From a virus (lineage: Duplodnaviria > Caudoviricetes), in IMG/VR virus record IMGVR_UViG_3300025277_000007, positions 1 to 39,532 of that record: a stretch of DNA of 39,532 nt. The stretch is one strand, 5' to 3'. Shown here piece by piece: positions 18,138 to 27,205 of the stretch; position 1 is the stretch's first letter; every line of letters starts with the position of its first letter. A program made the translations under genes and the position numbers. The notes beneath the pieces were generated by a model. That model was not told the DNA's origin. It was given only the letters and a program-made list of their open reading frames with translations, and searched no databases.

Positions 18138-18431
18138 TCAGATCAGATTTGCCCAGGCACCGTTCTCATAGCCCTGGAACTTGTTGTCTGTCTCGTTGTA
18201 CACCACCATGCCGTTGACTGCCGTGAGCGCATTGCGCTCGGTGGTGGTCAGCGACGTACACTGCAGGAACCCTGTAGGTGAGTCCACCTTCAGTGAATTG
18301 CATTCGACATGACCGAAAACGCCCAGTTCACCAAAGGACACAGCCTGGTTCTGTTGCCCTGCAACAACAGGGTCAGACTGGCTCTGCCGTTTGCGAGGCT
18401 CAGTCAGGCGCGGCTCACGGAGCTGGGTCAT
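18138..18431 (-). CDS. Small virion fibre/spike-type protein
   Basis: 'LTTTERNAL...GMVVYNETDNKFQGY..GAW' motif common in fibre proteins. Confidence 0.55.
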   Translation of the reverse strand: MTQLREPRLTEPRKRQSQSDPVVAGQQNQAVSFGELGVFGHVECNSLKVDSPTGFLQCTSLTTTERNALTAVNGMVVYNETDNKFQGYENGAWANLI

Positions 18432-18847
18432 TCAACGGCCAGATCAGCCAGGGCCTCTGGATCGAGAGTCATATTCGATTCTGCCGGTGTTGACACCGGA
18501 TCAACGCCGGTCTGCATCTGATCCACGTCACGGCCCGTGAGAGTCGTCATGGCACCGGTAGCGTTCTGATTGACGCGCCAGCTTTCAGAAACTTTTTCCT
18601 TGGCCGCTTCGTAGCCAATAGCCATGGCCATGGCTTCTGACGGTTCTGGCGTCCAGTCATCCGGGTGCAGAGCCTCACCGACAGTGAAGGCGATGCGCTT
18701 GGCATCAGCGTTGTTCTGCGGGGTGCTTTTACGCGTGATTGTGCCTGAAGCGCCCAGTGCCTGGCGCAGTTGTGTCTTCACATGATCAGGAGCATCCTTC
18801 AGCACGGCAACCAACGCGTCAAGATCCAACTTCTGCTCTGCTGCCAT
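18428..18847 (-). CDS. Hypothetical protein (structural operon)
   Basis: AAGGAG RBS; ATGA coupling to the next gene. Confidence 0.7.
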   Translation of the reverse strand: MAAEQKLDLDALVAVLKDAPDHVKTQLRQALGASGTITRKSTPQNNADAKRIAFTVGEALHPDDWTPEPSEAMAMAIGYEAAKEKVSESWRVNQNATGAMTTLTGRDVDQMQTGVDPVSTPAESNMTLDPEALADLAVE

Positions 18848-18868
18848 TTCAGTTCTCCTTGAATAAAT

Positions 18869-18902
18869 ATTTTCGGGATGGGGCGAACCCCACCCCGAAA
18901 AT
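18869..18902 (-). terminator. Stem-loop after the capsid/decoration genes (terminator or mRNA-stabilising hairpin)
   Basis: Minus strand attttcggggtgggg-TTCG-ccccatcccgaaaat; U-tract is weak. Confidence 0.45.
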
Positions 18903-18907
18903 CTGGT

Positions 18908-19684
18908 TTAGTCACCCAATCCGGTAATCATGATTGGGCAGGGCTTTTCTGTAGCAGCAGCTCCTACTGCATGGCCGATGACAAGTTCATCAACACCGGC
19001 GTCACTAATTTGAATAGAGCCAGCCGTTGAATCAGAAACAGCCACCATGACGCCTAATGTAACAGCAGCACCAGCATCATTAAGTGCATAGGCCACGCCC
19101 CCCGTTTGCAACCAGAAATAATAACCACTGGTAGCAGCCCTCGGTGCAATGCCAACAACACGGTCATAAGAGCCATCAATGACCGTAGCCGTAATAACAC
19201 TGGCATACGGATTGGGCGTAATCTGGTAATCATCACTGGTAGCAAAAGCAGTGACAATACCGTCGTACAACTGAAACGTGACCACGTTGGACACAGCAGC
19301 CGTATTCGACTTAATACGATATTGCTCCAGATTCGTGATGTTACCAAGATAAGCGCCAGAATAAAGGTTCGCCGTGGCGCTACTCAACGTAGAATCCGAC
19401 AACGTAATAGTCGTAGCTCCAGCACTGGCAGCGGTAAAAGTGCCATTCGTGTCTGCGGCTATAATTTGAACATTGTCGGTAGAAACGACCTTGCCCGCAG
19501 TTATTGCTGCCGAAGACTTTGAATACCGAAAAACACGGCCATCGTCGAACTCAAGTTTAGCACCAAGCGGACCACGCTGAGAAGAGGATTCTTCATAAAC
19601 CCCCTGAGAAATACCCGTGATCCCGCCTGGGCCTGTGCTTCCGTTATTGGTGCTTCCTCCACCAAAACCCCAATTAGTAGACAT
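18908..19684 (-). CDS. Putative capsid decoration / minor capsid protein
   Basis: Directly after the MCP; 'LGAKLEFDDGRVFRYSK', 'YYFWLQTGG', A/T/G-rich. Confidence 0.6.
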   Translation of the reverse strand: MSTNWGFGGGSTNNGSTGPGGITGISQGVYEESSSQRGPLGAKLEFDDGRVFRYSKSSAAITAGKVVSTDNVQIIAADTNGTFTAASAGATTITLSDSTLSSATANLYSGAYLGNITNLEQYRIKSNTAAVSNVVTFQLYDGIVTAFATSDDYQITPNPYASVITATVIDGSYDRVVGIAPRAATSGYYFWLQTGGVAYALNDAGAAVTLGVMVAVSDSTAGSIQISDAGVDELVIGHAVGAAATEKPCPIMITGLGD

Positions 19685-19745
19685 TGGTACAATTCCTTTC
19701 CCCTATGGGCAGGGTGTGAACCCCCATTGGCTTGGGGGCAAGGGT

Positions 19746-20744
19746 TTATGCCAGGTCGTACAAGAGACCCTGACGACGACGATTATTGGTGACCAACTGG
19801 CCACCAAATACCACGAACGCAGCACGGGCAAGCTGGTTGCTCGGACGCTGGAACGGGGTCTTCGAGAAGTTGCGGCCAGCCTGCACCTTCAACTTCAGAT
19901 ACTTGGTGTTGAGGAAATACATACTGTCAGTGACACAATCCCGATCAGCAATCAGCGGTGCGCCACGGAACGTGACATCGCCAGTGACACCAAGATCTGC
20001 CTTCCCCGCGCCAGTAAAGCGGGTATGGCCTGTGCCTTCAAACACGGCCTCGTAGTTCCCGTAATGGGTATGCGAAGCAACGAGAAGGGTGGGTTTGTCA
20101 TTGCCCTCAGAAACCGCATTCCACATCTGGCCCATGGCCAGAATGCCGGTGTACTGATCACCGATCTTGGTCAGGAAATTGGTATACGTGGCCAGCATTT
20201 CACCCGTACCAGCAGTGAAATCGCCACGCTTGTTGTCCCACCACGTATTGGAGGTCTGCGAAATGCCACCCAGCGTTGTGCCGGTTGACTCTGCACAAAT
20301 GTCCTGCAGGCCAAGCATCGACTTACCGGACTGGGCGAGGTGGATCGAAGCGTTGATCGTATCAAACGACTTGGTCATGGCCTGCTTGGCCTTGGCCGTA
20401 ATCAGTTTGACCGATCCAGACTTACGGGACTCGTCGTCTTCAGTGTCAGAAATAACCACTGGGACGGCGTTGTAGCGGAACTGATAGAACGCGGCTGTGA
20501 TGCCGTCGTTCGCGTTGGTGGACAATACGTCGTAACCGTCGAACCACTCGGACGATCCAAGACCGTACATCAGATCTTCCTGGATCTCCTTGCCACCGGT
20601 TTCAACTTCCATGACACCCGAACGCTTGAGACGATCTGTCGTCGGATAGCTGTCGGAGATGTTATCCGTCAGCCGCTTCCGATGCGACCGCATCGTCAAT
20701 GTCCAAGCCGCGTCCCAGGTTTCACTGGTGGTTGCAGCAGCCAT
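19746..20744 (-). CDS. Major capsid protein
   Basis: 332 aa after the scaffold; 'LTDNI', 'GG.EI', 'TLGGIS', 'P.L.V', 'MYFLNTKYL', 'LVTNNRRRQG' HK97-fold-like pattern. Confidence 0.85.
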   Translation of the reverse strand: MAAATTSETWDAAWTLTMRSHRKRLTDNISDSYPTTDRLKRSGVMEVETGGKEIQEDLMYGLGSSEWFDGYDVLSTNANDGITAAFYQFRYNAVPVVISDTEDDESRKSGSVKLITAKAKQAMTKSFDTINASIHLAQSGKSMLGLQDICAESTGTTLGGISQTSNTWWDNKRGDFTAGTGEMLATYTNFLTKIGDQYTGILAMGQMWNAVSEGNDKPTLLVASHTHYGNYEAVFEGTGHTRFTGAGKADLGVTGDVTFRGAPLIADRDCVTDSMYFLNTKYLKLKVQAGRNFSKTPFQRPSNQLARAAFVVFGGQLVTNNRRRQGLLYDLA

Positions 20745-20797
20745 AATTGGAACCCCTGTCTATGGGAGCAATCGCTCCCTTTGTTGGCGTTGTAGAG

Positions 20798-21694
20798 CTA
20801 CGCCTTCAAACCCAGTGCTTCCAGCTTTGAGGCAAGCTCTGCTTCGGATAAAGCACCCGAGCCATTATCAGCAGCAACAGAGGGAGTAGACGAGGCATTA
20901 CCAGCAGCGTTGCGCCGGACGCGCTTCTGGCCAGCCTGTAATTGAGCAGACTTCTGGCCAGAAATTCCGGTGAGCAACTCGTACGCTTCAGCAGGCGTGT
21001 AGTTCTTTCTCGTCGCCGGATTCGGCACAGCGGTCAGGGCGTTTACCTGCGCCTGATACTGGTCGATATCCGGGTATTGCCGACGAGCGTCCTGTGCAGC
21101 GGTGTTCTGTGCCTGCGTGGATTGCTGGACAATATGCACAGCAAGCTGGCGAACCGCGTTCGTCAACTGCTCTACCTGTTGTCCCTGCGTTTCCACTCTC
21201 TGACCCACGTCGGTCTTAACGACCTCGCGCATAATATCGAGGGCACCTTGCTCGTCGGGGCCGAGTCGGGCACGAACTGCTGCGAAAGGATCTTCCTCCG
21301 GGGAGGTAGCATCCACACGCGCACTCAGATCGTTCTGCTGGTTCTGCAACGTCGCCATCTGCAAGCGTTGCTGCAGAGTCTCGTTCTGCCGTCGCTGAGC
21401 GGCCACTTCCTGGCTCTTCTGGGTATAGGAACCCTTCAGTTGCCGGGCCATTGGCCTTAATGCTTCGGGAATAGACTCCAGGTCAGCATCGATGTCGATG
21501 CTTGCTGGTCGGTCTGGTGCGCCCGCTGTGGTCGCTCTTCCTGCAGAAGTAGAATCCGATGAAACAGAGCCTTCAATGGTCGGTGCTTCGCTCGGGGACT
21601 CAAGGTCGGCCCCCAGATCGATCACTTCACTGTCGGCTGTTTCTTCGGTCGTTCCACTATCTTCAGAAGAGTCCATTTGGACGGCTTCAGTCAT
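20798..21694 (-). CDS. Capsid scaffolding protein
   Basis: Acidic disordered N-terminus, 'YTQKSQEVA' coiled coil, immediately before the MCP. Confidence 0.75.
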   Translation of the reverse strand: MTEAVQMDSSEDSGTTEETADSEVIDLGADLESPSEAPTIEGSVSSDSTSAGRATTAGAPDRPASIDIDADLESIPEALRPMARQLKGSYTQKSQEVAAQRRQNETLQQRLQMATLQNQQNDLSARVDATSPEEDPFAAVRARLGPDEQGALDIMREVVKTDVGQRVETQGQQVEQLTNAVRQLAVHIVQQSTQAQNTAAQDARRQYPDIDQYQAQVNALTAVPNPATRKNYTPAEAYELLTGISGQKSAQLQAGQKRVRRNAAGNASSTPSVAADNGSGALSEAELASKLEALGLKA

Positions 21695-21706
21695 CTTATT
21701 CTGTCC

Positions 21707-22069
21707 TTATTCGCCGTGCGGGTCACCGACCCAGTTTGGCAATGTGGAGGAAGGTCCGGGATCAGATTTCTGATAGCACCTGGAACCGCCCGTAGGATCA
21801 GACGATTCCTGCACATCCAGTTCCCTCATCAGGCGCTGCTTGTGGCCGTAACTCTCGACCACAACGCCCAGACCCGGCTCGAACTTCCCATACATGGACG
21901 AATGCGTCGCATGGATGAAGTTCTGTTTGGGGTGGGCAAACACCCTGTTGGCCTCGCTGCCGCACTCAACGCACGGCCGGCAAGGCGTGACCTCGCTCCT
22001 TAATGAAAAGTAAACATCAACTTCCACGAAACCGCAAGTAGAACATTTGTAGTCCTCCATTCGAGGCAT
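21707..22069 (-). CDS. FmdB-like zinc-ribbon protein
   Basis: 'MP..DYKCSTCG...CVECG....RVF' motif. Confidence 0.75.
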   Translation of the reverse strand: MPRMEDYKCSTCGFVEVDVYFSLRSEVTPCRPCVECGSEANRVFAHPKQNFIHATHSSMYGKFEPGLGVVVESYGHKQRLMRELDVQESSDPTGGSRCYQKSDPGPSSTLPNWVGDPHGE

Positions 22070-22070
22070 G

Positions 22071-22670
22071 TCAGATACCCTTCGTTATGCGGGACAGGAG
22101 CCGCAGGCTCACGTCCTTCTGATGGTCACATCGATAGTCCCTGTCAACCATCACCTTGTATCCCGCCTCAGTGACGCGCTCACAGAAGTGGAAGTCCTCT
22201 CCCTTGCCGTCACGCATCTCAAATCGAGGCTCTTGGATCGCCTCGACCAGCTCTTTTTGCAGCACCATACAGCCACAGCCCACGGCATCGACGTTGAACA
22301 GGCGCTCTTTGGGCCAGCGCCGCTGGGGGATCGGCGCGTAGTTCTTGTCTGGCATTCTGAACCAGGTGTCCCAGACCAGTCCCTCCATCGTCAGATGCTG
22401 GTAGATGCCGTTGAGACAGGGAAATTCGTCGGCATGCTCCAGCAAATTCAGGTTCTTCGGCGGTACCGTATCCGCATCGACCATCCACAGGTGGGTACAG
22501 TCGCTGTGCAGAAATTGTTGGCATATCTGGTTCCTGTTCTCGACCACGCCCCAGCAGGAGCAGTGGATGTCAATGTCCGCATCAGGCATTTCTCTGGCAA
22601 ACCACACCAGCCAGCGCGTCAATTCCCTGTCAATACCGTCGGCAGTGGGAATTCGCAGAAATACCTTCAA
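22071..22670 (-). CDS. GT-A fold (GT2-like) glycosyltransferase
   Basis: 'IPT', 'NRN', 'HLWMVDAD' (DxD), 'VDAVGCGCM', 'GEDFHFC', 'CDH'. Confidence 0.8.
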   Translation of the reverse strand: MKVFLRIPTADGIDRELTRWLVWFAREMPDADIDIHCSCWGVVENRNQICQQFLHSDCTHLWMVDADTVPPKNLNLLEHADEFPCLNGIYQHLTMEGLVWDTWFRMPDKNYAPIPQRRWPKERLFNVDAVGCGCMVLQKELVEAIQEPRFEMRDGKGEDFHFCERVTEAGYKVMVDRDYRCDHQKDVSLRLLSRITKGI

Positions 22671-22681
22671 ATCTCTCTCAT

Positions 22682-24775
22682 TCAGTTCTGATTCCTGTCA
22701 ACCACAGCACCGGGCTGTGAGATTCTCTGGGCGTTCGAGCGTACGGCCGAGTTGACCGAGCCGACGGTCTGCTGCACCTGGCTCAAGGGCGAACCAGTGC
22801 CCCGGCCGTCGCCACCGATACCCTCAATCTTGCCAGTGGGCTGGGTCTGACCGCCACCCCCTCCGGCCTGGGCCTGGAAGGCTTCCTGATGCTCCTGCAG
22901 ATGCTGCTGTATGGTTTGCATAATCTGCTGGGCCAGCATCTGGTTGGCCTGGGCCAACTGCTGGAACTTCGGATCTTCCGGCAGTTTCTTATGCACTTCA
23001 GCGTGGGTTGTATGCTGCTCACCCGGATGCACCCTCACCTGCTGGCCGCTCATCAGCAGCAGATTCTCATACTGAGCAGCCCGCTGGGCGTCGATTCGGG
23101 CCGCATCCCCGATGAACTTCTCCATATTCGGCACCCGGAAGCTCTGCAGCACATGGCGCAGAACTTCGTTCCGGGGCACCTGCGGGAACTGCATGAGCCA
23201 GGTTGCCAGCGCGAGGGCATCTTCCTTCTCGATTTCCTCAAACATCGGCTTCATCGACGCCGCCTCGACCTCGACGGTGAAACGGGCTGCCATCATATCG
23301 CCCCGCACCGCCTCGAACACCGGGTCGTTCTCTGACTCTGCGACGTTGATCAGGAAGGCTTTCGGCTCATAGCGCACATCGCTGATGATCCTGGCGTAGT
23401 TGTAGGCCAGTTCCTTGTACACCTGGGCCACCTTGCCCTGCATCCAGTCGCGGTTCAACTGGCCGAACGAGGCTTCCAGTGCCGCCTGCGTGGCGGTGCG
23501 CCGGGGACCGCCACCGGAGGTCAGCGACGAGACATTGAGGATCTGCTCCTGGTAGTTGCGATAGTCCGACTCCAGGCCCAGTTGATCGGCCGGGGGCGTG
23601 GCCTGCGTCATCTCTGAGAAGGAGTTGTGTACGTCGTCCACCCAGATGATCTTGCCGTCCTGGGCCTTGTCGATATCGTCACCGATATCCGGATTGTTGG
23701 CCTGCTCTCCCTTGCGGCCCAGGATCGTACGCGAGTTGCGCTTGATGCCGTCGGCCCGCCGGGTCAGCGACTCGACAATGCCGGCCTGGGTGTCTTCGGC
23801 GTAAGCCATGACCGGCAGGCCGTAGAACTCTTCCGGGGTATTGTCGTAGGTCAGAGACGTATAGGGCGTTCCGTTCATCACCAGGAAGCCACCCTTGGGG
23901 GTGAAATCGTCGGTGGCGACCATCTCGCCGGTAAGCGGGTCCGGTGCCATGCGGGTTTCCCCGGCAAGGAACGGATGATCGATCTCCAGCACCGGCTTCT
24001 TGACGCCCTGTGCGAAGATGTACTGTTTTTTGTGAATACGGTCATGCACCTCGCGGAACAGCACATACTCTCCGAGAGTGCGTGAGTCTTCCTGGGCCTT
24101 GCGCTCAACGTCCTCGCCCTCCTGATCCGACTCCCAGTCTCCGAGCATGAGATCTTCCCGGTCGTCGGCGGTCAGGGGCTTGATATCGCCCTTATGCTGC
24201 AGGCGGTCGTCGGCTTTTACGAACTCCATCGGCACCAGCATTTTCTCATAACAGTAGCGTTGGTGACCGAACACATGGTTGGGCGTGACGATATCGCCAA
24301 AGAAGTTGAACGGGGACACGCGCAGGGTAGCGACCATGCCGTTCTGCAACGTATCGTTGGCCACATACGGCGGCATCAGATCTTCATCGCCGCGAGGGTT
24401 GACCACGGTCTTGAGGATGCCACGGTAGGCGAACAGGGCATCGAACACCATCTGCTGCACATGCGCCTTGGCGTCGGACAACTCCAGCGCGTTGTTGATG
24501 GTGCGCTGCATGATTTCCGCTTGAAAAGCCTTCTGCGGGGCTGATACACGAAAGAAGATGCGCGGGTTCTGGAAGACGATGGAGGCAATGATCTGTCGGG
24601 CCAGCGGATAGAACTGCGAGATCTTGCGGGTCTTGCTGGAATCGAGCGACACCACGTCGTCAAAGTCGAGCCGGTACTGTCGATGCAGCCGACGCCAGCG
24701 ACGGTGATGCTCCTCCATGAACTTTTCCGTATTGATGAACGTGTTTTGCCAGAAATCTATTTTATCCTGGATCAT
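22682..24775 (-). CDS. Portal protein
   Basis: Follows terL with ATGA overlap (start MIQDK at 24775); 'RVSPFNFF.D', 'RRTATQA', Q-rich C-terminus. Confidence 0.82.
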   Translation of the reverse strand: MIQDKIDFWQNTFINTEKFMEEHHRRWRRLHRQYRLDFDDVVSLDSSKTRKISQFYPLARQIIASIVFQNPRIFFRVSAPQKAFQAEIMQRTINNALELSDAKAHVQQMVFDALFAYRGILKTVVNPRGDEDLMPPYVANDTLQNGMVATLRVSPFNFFGDIVTPNHVFGHQRYCYEKMLVPMEFVKADDRLQHKGDIKPLTADDREDLMLGDWESDQEGEDVERKAQEDSRTLGEYVLFREVHDRIHKKQYIFAQGVKKPVLEIDHPFLAGETRMAPDPLTGEMVATDDFTPKGGFLVMNGTPYTSLTYDNTPEEFYGLPVMAYAEDTQAGIVESLTRRADGIKRNSRTILGRKGEQANNPDIGDDIDKAQDGKIIWVDDVHNSFSEMTQATPPADQLGLESDYRNYQEQILNVSSLTSGGGPRRTATQAALEASFGQLNRDWMQGKVAQVYKELAYNYARIISDVRYEPKAFLINVAESENDPVFEAVRGDMMAARFTVEVEAASMKPMFEEIEKEDALALATWLMQFPQVPRNEVLRHVLQSFRVPNMEKFIGDAARIDAQRAAQYENLLLMSGQQVRVHPGEQHTTHAEVHKKLPEDPKFQQLAQANQMLAQQIMQTIQQHLQEHQEAFQAQAGGGGGQTQPTGKIEGIGGDGRGTGSPLSQVQQTVGSVNSAVRSNAQRISQPGAVVDRNQN

Positions 24776-26184
24776 GCTATGCGCCTTTGCTTGGCGACCG
24801 GCAGCTGGTCGAGGACGTTGCTGCCAAAGAACGGGTTGGCATTCTGACTGGGCATGGCGCGAGATGGCTGATACAGGTGCATCACCGCGTAACGCAACTC
24901 GTCGGCGGCGTGGTCTTCGGTATGGGTGTCGAGGTCTTCGGGGTTGCTCTTGGAGCGGGGCAGTGAGGGTATCGTGCGGCAGAGATTGTCGTTCCAGCCG
25001 TCGAAGCAATGCAACTTGCGCTGGGCCAGCATGTCGTTGATGACCCGCCAGCCGGTGACGCGGTCGTTGTTGGCCTTGGTCAGGGAAAGGCCCTGCTGCA
25101 GAAACACGTCGGCCGGCGACTGGTTGACCACTTCCGACAATCTCCGCTTGACCCACATGGAGGGATCGGCAAAGATCTGCTGGGGTCGGCGGCCGTTGGT
25201 ATGCGGGTTGGCCGCGATCATCCGGTCAATCTCATAGGCATGTGTGGAGGCGGTGGCGCCGGCCTGGTAGTATTCGCAGAGCCGGTAGACATGGCTGTCG
25301 TAATCGATGGTGTAAAGACCAAATGACGTAGGCGAAGATTCGCCATAGTCCAGGCCCCCGAACAGGGGCCAATGCTCTGGAATTTCAAATGAGGGGATGA
25401 CACAGTATCTGGAATTCCAGTTGGTGAAGTAAGCTCCGAGGGAGACAGACCAGTCACCTTCCAGCCAGGCCCGTACCAGCTCGGGATCGCCAACGGACTG
25501 CAGCCTCTTGATATAGAGCGGGTCCGCATCGAGCAGGATCTTGTTGTCGGTGACAAGCGACTTGATCCACATGCGGGGAATGGCCGACTTGTCGTCCTGG
25601 ATGATCGTTTCCGGTGCGCCGGCATCGATGAAGTATTCCTTGACCGCCTGATGGCCGACGCCGCCGGGGTTGCCGGTGGCACGGACCCGCAGGTTATCGA
25701 TCTTGGCCGTTGAGCGCAGGCAAGCCTTGAGTTTATTGTAGCCCCCGAGGTTGGGCCAGTTGCACAACTCATCGAAGGCGATGTAGGTGTACTGGTGCCC
25801 CATGTAGTTGTCGGCATCGGCCTCGCTCTCCAGGTGACGCAGTCGGAGGGTGACGGTGCCGGTGGCATGGGGGATACGAAACTCATGGACACCTACCTTG
25901 TATTCAGTTCCCGGAAAAGCGGGGTAGAGAACCTTCTTGCCCTCTTCCACGACTTCGTCCAGTTCAGGGAACGACCGGCGCAGGATGATACCGCGCCATA
26001 CCGATCCGTACTTCTGCACATCCGAGGCGAAATCTCCCATGAGAAAGGAGGTTTTGCCGCCGCCCCGAGCGCCGCCAAAGAAAAGTTCCGGCACGAAGGA
26101 AGCCCGGATGGCTTTCTCCTGCGGTCCCGGCTGCGGCTGCCAGAGAGTCGGGGCAACCGCCTCTTCCAGCTCAACTATTGACAA
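24772..26184 (-). CDS. terL: Terminase large subunit
   Basis: 'PQPGPQ', Walker A 'GGARGGGKT', Walker B 'IAFDE', 'TGNPGG.GH', nuclease 'LDYG' and 'DHAADELRY'. Confidence 0.95.
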   Translation of the reverse strand: MSIVELEEAVAPTLWQPQPGPQEKAIRASFVPELFFGGARGGGKTSFLMGDFASDVQKYGSVWRGIILRRSFPELDEVVEEGKKVLYPAFPGTEYKVGVHEFRIPHATGTVTLRLRHLESEADADNYMGHQYTYIAFDELCNWPNLGGYNKLKACLRSTAKIDNLRVRATGNPGGVGHQAVKEYFIDAGAPETIIQDDKSAIPRMWIKSLVTDNKILLDADPLYIKRLQSVGDPELVRAWLEGDWSVSLGAYFTNWNSRYCVIPSFEIPEHWPLFGGLDYGESSPTSFGLYTIDYDSHVYRLCEYYQAGATASTHAYEIDRMIAANPHTNGRRPQQIFADPSMWVKRRLSEVVNQSPADVFLQQGLSLTKANNDRVTGWRVINDMLAQRKLHCFDGWNDNLCRTIPSLPRSKSNPEDLDTHTEDHAADELRYAVMHLYQPSRAMPSQNANPFFGSNVLDQLPVAKQRRIA

Positions 26185-26425
26185 TCGCCACCAGGCAGTC
26201 CTCGATGATCTTGTTCTCTCCTGCCTTGAGCCAGATAATCACTTCCCCGTCAGATCCCACCGAAGGCGTTGCTGCACCGAGGGTATCCAGCGCCTTCTGG
26301 GCCAGTTCCTTCTTGGAGGGCTTTGGCGGTTCCGGCGGTACGGGTGCCGTCGCTGCCAACACCGTTTTGGCCGGTACGGCCTCCTTTTTCATCACTTTTC
26401 TGGTTGCTTTCTTCGCTTTAGCCAA
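26171..26425 (-). CDS. Small K/P/A-rich hypothetical protein
   Basis: Overlaps both neighbours; GAGG RBS. Confidence 0.55.
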   Translation of the reverse strand: MAKAKKATRKVMKKEAVPAKTVLAATAPVPPEPPKPSKKELAQKALDTLGAATPSVGSDGEVIIWLKAGENKIIEDCLVAIVNS

Positions 26426-27188
26426 TCGGAGCCTCTTTTCGGGTCAGATCCATGGCTTCATCCTCCTGGACTGAGCGCATGGCGTTTATCAGTCGCTGCC
26501 GTTCCTTTTCCGCAGCCTCGTCGTCCTTCTGCTCCCAGGATTTGGCCTTTTCGGCTCGTTCCTGGAAGCCGTTGGGCAGAACGGGCCGGCCGAACTGGTC
26601 AATTGTCCACAGTGGGATGCCATCTTCCGTTTCCTGCGTGGCCGGCCCCATTTTCCGCGTATTGAGAGTCTCGATGCGGGGGATTTCGGGTTCTGCCGGG
26701 AGAATCGCCTCGGTTTCGATCTTGGGTGCTTCTCCGACGGCCTTGTACATCTCCGTATTCTGGGAAATCCACTCTTCGTAGGACGAAGCGCGGGGCGGGA
26801 GGTTGACACCGACGGCACCGGAGACATGATGCTCGATGACCTGCTTGTCATCACCCACTTCCTGACGTATAGCCATCAGAACTTTCAGTTTCATGGCCTT
26901 GTCGCGTTCCTGCAGATCTTCATAGATGGCTTGCAGGGCTTTGACCCGCTCTTTGCGGTCGGCCAGGGGGACATCATCGAAGTTCGCTCTGTATAATCGT
27001 ACCTGACGATCAAACTCCGAGCGGAAATAGTCCAGTTTGCGCCAGCGGCTGACGGTAACCGGCTGGCAGCCGACAAGCTGGGCAATCTTCTTGGTCATAT
27101 CCGTCTTGGCATGACGATCCAGCACCAGGTAATGGATGGCCTGCATCTGCTGGTCGGTGCATCTGGATCTGGGAGCTTGTCTGGGCAT
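26418..27188 (-). CDS. Putative terminase small subunit
   Basis: N-terminal HTH 'KIAQLVGCQPVTVSRWRK...F', 'PLAD...R...L', upstream of terL; alternative start at 27221. Confidence 0.6.
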   Translation of the reverse strand: MPRQAPRSRCTDQQMQAIHYLVLDRHAKTDMTKKIAQLVGCQPVTVSRWRKLDYFRSEFDRQVRLYRANFDDVPLADRKERVKALQAIYEDLQERDKAMKLKVLMAIRQEVGDDKQVIEHHVSGAVGVNLPPRASSYEEWISQNTEMYKAVGEAPKIETEAILPAEPEIPRIETLNTRKMGPATQETEDGIPLWTIDQFGRPVLPNGFQERAEKAKSWEQKDDEAAEKERQRLINAMRSVQEDEAMDLTRKEAPIG

Positions 27189-27205
27189 CTTAACAGAGTT
27201 TCCGT

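Noticed and set aside
7377-23335. Many plus-strand ORFs antisense to the structural operon (e.g. 11162-12022, 14819-15664, 19617-20288)
   Set aside because: Shadow ORFs of GC-rich coding sequence, with no motifs or clear RBS
24776-25156. N-terminal extension of the 824-aa portal ORF
   Set aside because: Lies out of frame within terL and reads as shadow sequence; ATG at 24775 overlapping the terL stop is the better start
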